From Candidatus Woesearchaeota archaeon (GTDB taxonomy: Archaea; Nanobdellota; Nanobdellia; Woesearchaeales; SKGA01), in assembly GCA_016926395.1 (NCBI GenBank), contig JAFGOT010000005.1:1-21848 (forward strand): a stretch of 21,848 nt of DNA, in the 5' to 3' direction. This document shows positions 15,920 through 21,848 of the stretch, piece by piece. Made by a program: the position numbers and the translations under genes. Below the pieces are notes generated by a model. That model did not search any database, was not told the origin of the DNA, and saw only the letters and a program-made list of their open reading frames with translations. Numbering within the stretch: position 1 is the stretch's first letter; each line of letters opens with the position of its first letter.

Positions 15920-16846
15920 TTAATTGTCAAGAGAAGCTTCTTTCTCAGCAATGACTTTCTTTTCAGCTTCTTCTTTCTCTTTTTGAATTTCCCACTGAGA
16001 TTTTAAAGGCTCAGGAGGCAAAGGCTTTCCATTAAAACAATAATCGTAATAATCACATTGACCTGAAGACCATTTACAAAGAGGAGTTTCGTTTTTCTTA
16101 TAGTCAATAATATTATCACTATCTGTCGAAGCATGAATCTGTTCTATCATGAATTTACCATGTTTAATAAGCTCATCATCAACTTTCAAAGTCATTTCCC
16201 CACCTTGAGATTTAGGGAATTTTAGGAAATAAATACCAACTTCACTAGGTTTGACACCGTGCTCTAATTCATAAAGCATCGCATAAATGGCAAGTTGAAG
16301 TTTGTAAGCATCAGAAATTTTAGCAGCTTTGGAAGTTTTATAATCCATAAGGCGAACTTTACCATCTACATCTTCTATAACATCAATGAATCCTCGAACA
16401 TAATAATCCCAAGACTTGTATTCTTTTTCACAAACAGGTTTGATTTTTCTAAAAGCATCGGAAAAAGATAAACCTTTAGACATTTGCGTTTCAAGCTTTT
16501 CAAAAATTAAAGAAAGATGTTGAATAAGCATATCTTTGGTTTCTTCAAAATAAGCATCTAGTTGTTGAGGAGTCATGTTTAACTCATCAAAATCAGATTT
16601 GTTTTCACGCCAGAATTTTTTTAACAATTCAGTAACAATAACTTTTAGATTAGCCTTGTAATTGTCGCTAATAACTTCAGGAAGAACACTGTACAAATGT
16701 TCAAGAGCAGCGTGAGCCACAACACCACGAACTAAATGAATAGAAGGAGAACCAGGAAGCTTCCATTTGTAAACATAGAAGTATTTTCTAGGACATTGTA
16801 AATAAGTATTTATAGAGGACGGTGACTGCATACGTTTTTTTCCCAT
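15920..16846 (-). CDS. PD-(D/E)XK nuclease, RecB/AddB/Cas4-like, with probable Fe-S cysteines
   Basis: SPSSINTYLQCPRKY, RGFIDVI, LMDYKTS, QLAIY, and C-terminal LCKWSSGQCDYYDYC. Confidence 0.87.
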   Translation of the reverse strand: MGKKRMQSPSSINTYLQCPRKYFYVYKWKLPGSPSIHLVRGVVAHAALEHLYSVLPEVISDNYKANLKVIVTELLKKFWRENKSDFDELNMTPQQLDAYFEETKDMLIQHLSLIFEKLETQMSKGLSFSDAFRKIKPVCEKEYKSWDYYVRGFIDVIEDVDGKVRLMDYKTSKAAKISDAYKLQLAIYAMLYELEHGVKPSEVGIYFLKFPKSQGGEMTLKVDDELIKHGKFMIEQIHASTDSDNIIDYKKNETPLCKWSSGQCDYYDYCFNGKPLPPEPLKSQWEIQKEKEEAEKKVIAEKEASLDN

Positions 16847-16953
16847 AATAGTTCAAGAAGAAAACCATGCTTTAAAAAGATAGTGGAAGGTTGACTTGTG
16901 AAAATATTATAAAAAAAGATAATTTATAAACAACAATCCGCTTTGAAAAAAAT

Positions 16954-18390
16954 ATGAAAATTCTCCTAGTGTACTTATCTTTTAATAAACCATTTGAATT
17001 TAAGTATAGCTATGGGTTAGGATATATTTCTTCAGCATTAAAAAAAGCAAGGCATAAAACACAATACATAACAATAAGTGATGATAAAGAACTTGAGGAA
17101 TTCAAAAAAATAGTTAAAAATCAAAAACCTGAAATGATAGGTTTTTCTATAACAACAAGTCAATTTCAAAAAGCCAAAGAAATTATTCCAGAAATTAAAA
17201 AAATAAACAATAGCTTTATCATTTGTGGTGGAACGCATCCAAGTTTAAGACCTGAATGTTTAGAAGAACTAAAAGGAGCAGATGCAATCATTAGAGGCGA
17301 AGGCGAGGAAGCAATAGTAGAACTTGCAAATGCAATTGAAAAAAATAAAGACACAACAAAAATAAGAAATATTTGGATAAAAAAAGAAAACAAAATTATT
17401 CAAAATCCAATAAGGCCGCTCCAACTCAATTTAGATTTACTAGAAGAACCTGATAAAGATAGTATAGACTATCAAAAAATAATAAATGAATCTTTAGGAG
17501 AAAATAGATTTATATTTAGTAGAGGATGTACATTTCAGTGCACCTATTGTTCTAATAAAGCACTCTCACAACTATACCCAAATAGAAATAAATATTTTCG
17601 ATCAATCAGCCCTAAAAAAGCAATTAATACGATAAAAAAAGATTTGAAGAGATTTAAATTTAGTAAACTAGCAATAGATAATGATACAATAACACTTGAC
17701 AAAAAATGGTTTTATGAATTTTTTAATATGTATAAAGAAGAAATTAGAATACCATTTAGATGTAACATTAGACCGGGACTTGTAGATGAAAATATGATAA
17801 AATTGTTGTCTGAAGCAGGTGCACAAAATGTCGGTATTGGTGTTGAACAAGGAAATGAAGAATTTAGAAATAAAAAACTCAAAAGACCAATAACAAATGA
17901 ACAAATAAAAGAAGTTTTCAAATGGTGTGATAAATATAAAATAAACCACGAAGATTTTGTAATGGTGGGATTTCCAGGAGAAAATAAAAAATTATTTTTA
18001 CAAACAGTAAAACTTTCAAGACAAGTAAATTTGAAAGGAGATATTAAAATATTTACTCCCTACCCTGCAACAGAGCTTGGTGAAGAAATAAAAAATAAAA
18101 AATTGAAAGTACTAAATAAATTTGTTGAGAGAGAACAAGCACCAATAAACTACCCTGGATTTTCAAGAAAAAAAATAGATAGATGTAAAAAAGCGTTTCC
18201 TATTTTTTTAAAATATAAACGAATACCAGTTTGGGTTCCAATGAACTTATTAATTTGGATCGTTCCAATACTCGAGAAAATAAATCGAAGATTTAACGAA
18301 TTTAGAAGTTTTGTAGGAGAAAAAGTTAAAAAAATAAGTCCTAGAACATTTAAAGTAATACAAAGAATTCTAAGAGGAAAAACATCTTAA
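16954..18390 (+). CDS. Cobalamin-binding radical SAM protein (class B methylase/BchE-like family)
   Basis: N-terminal B12-binding domain (GLGYISSAL, IGFS, CGGTHPS, IIRGEGE), CTFQCTYC CxxxCxxC motif, IGVEQG and MVGFPGE. Confidence 0.9.
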   Translation: MKILLVYLSFNKPFEFKYSYGLGYISSALKKARHKTQYITISDDKELEEFKKIVKNQKPEMIGFSITTSQFQKAKEIIPEIKKINNSFIICGGTHPSLRPECLEELKGADAIIRGEGEEAIVELANAIEKNKDTTKIRNIWIKKENKIIQNPIRPLQLNLDLLEEPDKDSIDYQKIINESLGENRFIFSRGCTFQCTYCSNKALSQLYPNRNKYFRSISPKKAINTIKKDLKRFKFSKLAIDNDTITLDKKWFYEFFNMYKEEIRIPFRCNIRPGLVDENMIKLLSEAGAQNVGIGVEQGNEEFRNKKLKRPITNEQIKEVFKWCDKYKINHEDFVMVGFPGENKKLFLQTVKLSRQVNLKGDIKIFTPYPATELGEEIKNKKLKVLNKFVEREQAPINYPGFSRKKIDRCKKAFPIFLKYKRIPVWVPMNLLIWIVPILEKINRRFNEFRSFVGEKVKKISPRTFKVIQRILRGKTS

Positions 18391-18466
18391 ATTCTGTTTC
18401 TTTTAAAAATAAGTCGTAAAAAGGCAACACAAACCTTTTTAAAGCAAATCGTGTTCATGTGATTTG

Positions 18467-20812
18467 ATGGGTTACGAACTAATTGTAACTGAGAAACCTT
18501 CTCAGGCTAAAAAAATCGCAGAAAGCTTAGCAGATGGCAAGCCTTTAAAGAAATCCGAAAATGGAGTTCCATACTACGTTTTCAGCCACAAAGGAACAGA
18601 TTTAGTAGCAGTTAGTGCAGTAGGTCATGTTTATTCTTTAATGGAAAAGGAAAAATCATACAAATACCCATCGTATGATATTGCTTGGAAAGAAGCATAC
18701 GCAGTCGATAAAAATTCTGCCCACACAAAAAAATACATTAACGTAATCAAAAAATTAGCAAAAGACGCTGAAAAGTTTATCGTAGCAACAGACTTTGATG
18801 TAGAGGGAGAAGTTATTGGACTTAATGTAATAAGATTTGCATGTAAACAAAAAGATGCACAAAGAATGAAGTTCTCCACACTTACAAAACCAGATTTAAT
18901 TAAAGCATTTGAGAATAGACGACCACACATTGAATGGGGTCAGGCAAATGCAGGAGAAACAAGACATTTCTTAGATTGGATGTATGGGATTAATGTAAGT
19001 AGAGCGTTAAGTATTGCAATAAGAAAAGCAGGATTATACAAATCATTATCAAGCGGTCGAGTTCAAGGACCAGCATTAAAATTAATTGTAGACAAAGAAA
19101 AAGAAATCAGAGCTTTTGTTCCAACACCTTATTGGCAAATTCCCTACAGCGGTCAGGTAAATGGCAATCAAGGAACAGCAATATTAGAAGCAATGCATGC
19201 TGAAGAAAAAATTTGGGAAGAAGAAAAGGCAAAAAAAATATTTGAAAAAATTAATAACAATGATGGCGTTGTAAAAGCAATTGACAAAAATCAAACTAAA
19301 AGTCAACCACCAACACCATTTGATTTAACAACCCTTCAAACTGAAAGTTTTCGATCTCTTAAAATTTCTCCAAAAGAAACCCTAGCTATTGCTCAAGAAT
19401 TATATTCAAACGGATGGATATCATATCCTAGAACTAGCAGTCAACAACTACCACCAGAACTAGAATATGAAAAATTACTAAAAGAATTACTACGACATCC
19501 TTATTATAAACCATTAGCTGAAGAAATATTAACATACAAACCTCTAAAACCAAATAATGGTAAAAAAACAGATCCTGCGCATCCCGCAATTCATCCTACA
19601 GGAATACTACCAGATGAAACTAAACTAAAACCAAGAGAATTAAAAATATATGACCTTGTTGTCAGAAGATTTTTAGCAACATTTGCTAAAGAAGCAACAA
19701 GAGAAACAAACAAAATAACTTTTGAAGTTAAGGAAGAAAAATTTATTGCAAAAGGAACAAGAACAATCGATCAAGGATGGTTTAAATTTTATGGACCTCA
19801 TGTAAAACTTGAAGAAGAAGAACTTCCAATATTAAAAACAGGAGATTCTGTGATATATAAAGAGGCAAAATTAGAATCTAAAGAAACTAAACCTCCAAAG
19901 AGATTCACTCCTGCAAGTCTAATTAAAGAACTTGAAAAAAGAAATCTTGGAACAAAAGCAACAAGAGCAGCAATAATAGACACTTTATTTCAACGAGGCT
20001 ATGTTCTTGAAAAATCTCTAGAGCCAACTGAGATTGGGATTAAAACAAGCGATACTTTAGAAAAACATGTACCAGACATAGTTAAAGAAGACTTAACACG
20101 GGACTTTGAAGACGAGATGGAACTGATAAGAGAAGAAAAATCTACAAAAGATAAGGTCCTTGACAAAGCTAAGATTGCATTAAGTAAAATTTTAGGAGAA
20201 TTCCAAGCAAAAGAAAAAGAAATAGGGAAAAATCTAAAAGAATCATTATTTGAAAGTCAAGAAAAAGAAAATACTATTGGTGAATGTCCTAAATGTAAAG
20301 AAGGAACATTAATGATTAAATATTCTCCAAAAACAAAACAATATTTCTTGGGTTGTTCTAATTATCCTGATTGCACAGCACTATTTGGCCTTCCAGGAAC
20401 AGGAAAAGGAGTAAAAGCAGCAAACAAAAACTGCGAATCATGTGGATATCCTATGGTCATAATGGGAACTGGAAGAAATCAAAGAACACTATGCATAAAT
20501 ATGGATTGTTCACTTAAAAAACAACAGGAAGAAGACACAATGAACCCAGTTGTTAAGGAGTTATTAAAAAAACCATGTCCAAACTGTGGAAGTGCAATGA
20601 CATTACGTAAAAGCATGTATGGAGAATTTCTTGGATGTAGTGGATATCCTAAATGTAAAACAATAATTCAAATTCCTAAAAACGAAGGTGAACAACCTAA
20701 AGTTATTGATTATAATAATAGAACAACAACTAAGAAAACAACAAAAAAAACATCTAAAAAGAGTACAAAGAAGTCAACCAAGAAAACAACAAAGAAGATT
20801 ACAAAAAAATAA
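18467..20812 (+). CDS. topA: Type IA DNA topoisomerase with three C4 zinc-ribbon modules and a Lys/Thr repeat tail
   Basis: IVTEKPSQA and ATDFDVEGE (Toprim), SSGRVQ, ISYPRT (catalytic Tyr) and LGTKATRA. Zinc ribbons CPKC..CSNYPDC, CESC..CINMDC and CPNC..CSGYPKC. ATG 18467 is preferred over TTG 18464. Confidence 0.96.
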   Translation: MGYELIVTEKPSQAKKIAESLADGKPLKKSENGVPYYVFSHKGTDLVAVSAVGHVYSLMEKEKSYKYPSYDIAWKEAYAVDKNSAHTKKYINVIKKLAKDAEKFIVATDFDVEGEVIGLNVIRFACKQKDAQRMKFSTLTKPDLIKAFENRRPHIEWGQANAGETRHFLDWMYGINVSRALSIAIRKAGLYKSLSSGRVQGPALKLIVDKEKEIRAFVPTPYWQIPYSGQVNGNQGTAILEAMHAEEKIWEEEKAKKIFEKINNNDGVVKAIDKNQTKSQPPTPFDLTTLQTESFRSLKISPKETLAIAQELYSNGWISYPRTSSQQLPPELEYEKLLKELLRHPYYKPLAEEILTYKPLKPNNGKKTDPAHPAIHPTGILPDETKLKPRELKIYDLVVRRFLATFAKEATRETNKITFEVKEEKFIAKGTRTIDQGWFKFYGPHVKLEEEELPILKTGDSVIYKEAKLESKETKPPKRFTPASLIKELEKRNLGTKATRAAIIDTLFQRGYVLEKSLEPTEIGIKTSDTLEKHVPDIVKEDLTRDFEDEMELIREEKSTKDKVLDKAKIALSKILGEFQAKEKEIGKNLKESLFESQEKENTIGECPKCKEGTLMIKYSPKTKQYFLGCSNYPDCTALFGLPGTGKGVKAANKNCESCGYPMVIMGTGRNQRTLCINMDCSLKKQQEEDTMNPVVKELLKKPCPNCGSAMTLRKSMYGEFLGCSGYPKCKTIIQIPKNEGEQPKVIDYNNRTTTKKTTKKTSKKSTKKSTKKTTKKITKK

Positions 20813-20865
20813 TCACTGGACACCCACTCGTAGAGATTATAAACTGAATTCTAAATAAATAAAAT

Positions 20866-21237
20866 ATGAGTAAAATCCACCTGCAAAAAGCATTCTTTGG
20901 AAAAGATAATTGCTTAAAATTAACCCTTAACGCAGATCTTGAATGTTACATGGAATTTGGAACTCCAAAACCAAATAGCAAAGAATGGAATTGGAAACCA
21001 GTAAAATTTAATGATGTAGAAATTGGTGAAATAATTAATGTCCTTGAAGGAAAAAAACAATCAGTAAGTTTTTTTCATGATTTCAAAGGAGATAAAACTC
21101 AAATATGGATTAATAAATCGGAAAAATTCTTCTCAATAAAAGTTAAAGAACTAAGTAAAGGACTAAACGATGGAGAACAAAGAGTGTTACTAGAACTTCT
21201 TAAACACATTATAATCCGAATGAATATCAAATTGTAG
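20866..21237 (+). CDS. Hypothetical protein, candidate Whirly-like ssDNA-binding fold
   Basis: EWNWK..KF..VEIGEII...S.SFFHDFKG resembles plant Whirly YDW...F....EIGSII....S.EFFHD..KG (recalled from memory, not searched). Own TATA TTATAAAC at 20837. Confidence 0.6.
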   Translation: MSKIHLQKAFFGKDNCLKLTLNADLECYMEFGTPKPNSKEWNWKPVKFNDVEIGEIINVLEGKKQSVSFFHDFKGDKTQIWINKSEKFFSIKVKELSKGLNDGEQRVLLELLKHIIIRMNIKL

Positions 21238-21255
21238 ACATTAAATAAATTCTAG

Positions 21256-21289
21256 AAAAAAAGCACCGGACCACATAAAAACGTGGTCC
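21256..21289 (-). terminator. Hairpin plus U-tract terminator of the H1-like gene (between convergent genes)
   Basis: Perfect 7-bp inverted repeat GGACCAC/GTGGTCC (21268-21274, 21283-21289) with an 8-nt loop. On the minus strand it is followed by 5 nt and then T7 (21256-21262). Confidence 0.65.
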
Positions 21290-21321
21290 ACACCTTAAAA
21301 ATAAAACAAAAAACTGAAGAC

Positions 21322-21639
21322 TTATCTTCGTTTTTTAGGAGCAGCTTTTTTAGCAACTTTTTTAGCTGGAGCTTTTTTAGCAACTTTCTTTTTTGCTACT
21401 TTTTTCTTAGCTGGAGCTTTTTTAACTGCTTTTTTTGCTACTTTTTTAACAGCTTTTTTTGCTACTTTTTTCTTAGCAGGAGCTTTTTTAACTGCTTTTT
21501 TTGCTACTTTTTTCTTAGCAGGAGCTTTTTTAACTGCTGCTTTTTTAGGAGCTGCTTTTTTCACTGTTTTTTTAACAGCTTTTTTAGCAACTTTCTTTTT
21601 TGCAGGAGCTTTCTTCACTGCTTTTCGTTTTGCTACCAT
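21322..21639 (-). CDS. Histone H1-like Lys/Ala/Pro-rich repeat protein (Hc2/AlgP-like composition), 105 aa
   Basis: 49 Lys, 3 Arg and no acidic residue; KKAPAKKKVAKK occurs four times. Strong SD GAGGTG upstream and a terminator downstream. Confidence 0.85.
   Translation of the reverse strand: MVAKRKAVKKAPAKKKVAKKAVKKTVKKAAPKKAAVKKAPAKKKVAKKAVKKAPAKKKVAKKAVKKVAKKAVKKAPAKKKVAKKKVAKKAPAKKVAKKAAPKKRR
21388..21537. repeat. 42-bp coding repeat inside the H1-like gene
   Basis: Identical tandem copies at 21454-21495 and 21496-21537, plus a two-mismatch copy at 21388-21429. Each unit encodes 14 aa. Confidence 0.85.
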
Positions 21640-21848
21640 TTTAATTTTACACCTCGCGCAAAGCGTCTAAACAAAAACCTTGGTTTCTGTTTTAATTGTT
21701 AAGCAAGCTTAACACATTACAAACAATATAGTTTGCAATATACACATTTTTCCATTTAGAGTATTTAAATGTTATTCTTTTTTTATCAAATAAGATTAAA
21801 ATGTTTTAGCAAACATGCATTAAAATAAAATTATAAAAAATATTTTTC

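Noticed and set aside
15920-16846. Cas4-like nuclease as evidence of a CRISPR-Cas locus
   Set aside because: No repeat-spacer array or other cas gene is in the window.
16954-18390. Very A-rich radical SAM gene as a recent horizontal acquisition
   Set aside because: Plus-strand genes throughout the window are A-rich, so strand bias could explain much of it. No flanking mobility signals were seen.
998-19983. Short ORFs in the track overlapping real genes (998, 2650, 2735, 5259, 7959, 8614, 10031, 10949, 11264, 13537, 14573, 15588, 17038, 17166, 17668, 17712, 18631, 19798)
   Set aside because: They lie antisense to motif-bearing genes and have no recognisable motifs or start signals.
21283-21702. 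139-aa F/S/C-rich plus-strand ORF
   Set aside because: Antisense shadow of the Lys/Ala repeat gene. The minus-strand ORF has the SD and terminator.
21717-21755. Minus-strand mini-ORF MEKCVYCKLYCL with CxxC upstream of the H1-like gene
   Set aside because: Its ATG is only about 8 nt from the TATA-like box, so it lies upstream of the expected TSS. It has no SD and is probably chance.

Overview
AT-rich, gene-dense archaeal window, most consistent with a DPANN lineage such as Woesearchaeota (inference from archaeal-type PheS/PheT, Pth2, class III signal-peptide pilins, BRE/TATA promoters and GAGGTGA Shine-Dalgarno sites). It begins inside a 5S rRNA and is largely housekeeping: two pilin-like genes, YhbY, DUF192, Pth2, pheST, an m5C RNA methylase, signal peptidase, gpmA, a PD-(D/E)XK nuclease, a B12 radical SAM enzyme and topA. 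It also carries several bacterial-type genes: HU, a cardiolipin synthase-like PLD, and a gpsA broken by two single-base frameshifts. The best candidate for an undescribed system is a putative non-histone nucleoid module at the right end: TopA with a seven-unit xTKK/xSKK tail, a 123-aa protein resembling plant Whirly ssDNA-binding proteins, and a convergent 105-aa histone H1-like Lys/Ala repeat protein, plus HU elsewhere in the window. Other highlights are a 44-aa zinc-ribbon microprotein absent from the ORF track, a possible pseudoknot over the gpmA ribosome-binding site, and strand-dependent codon usage. No CRISPR array, tRNA or transposase was seen. All family calls come from motif recognition by eye; no database search was run.
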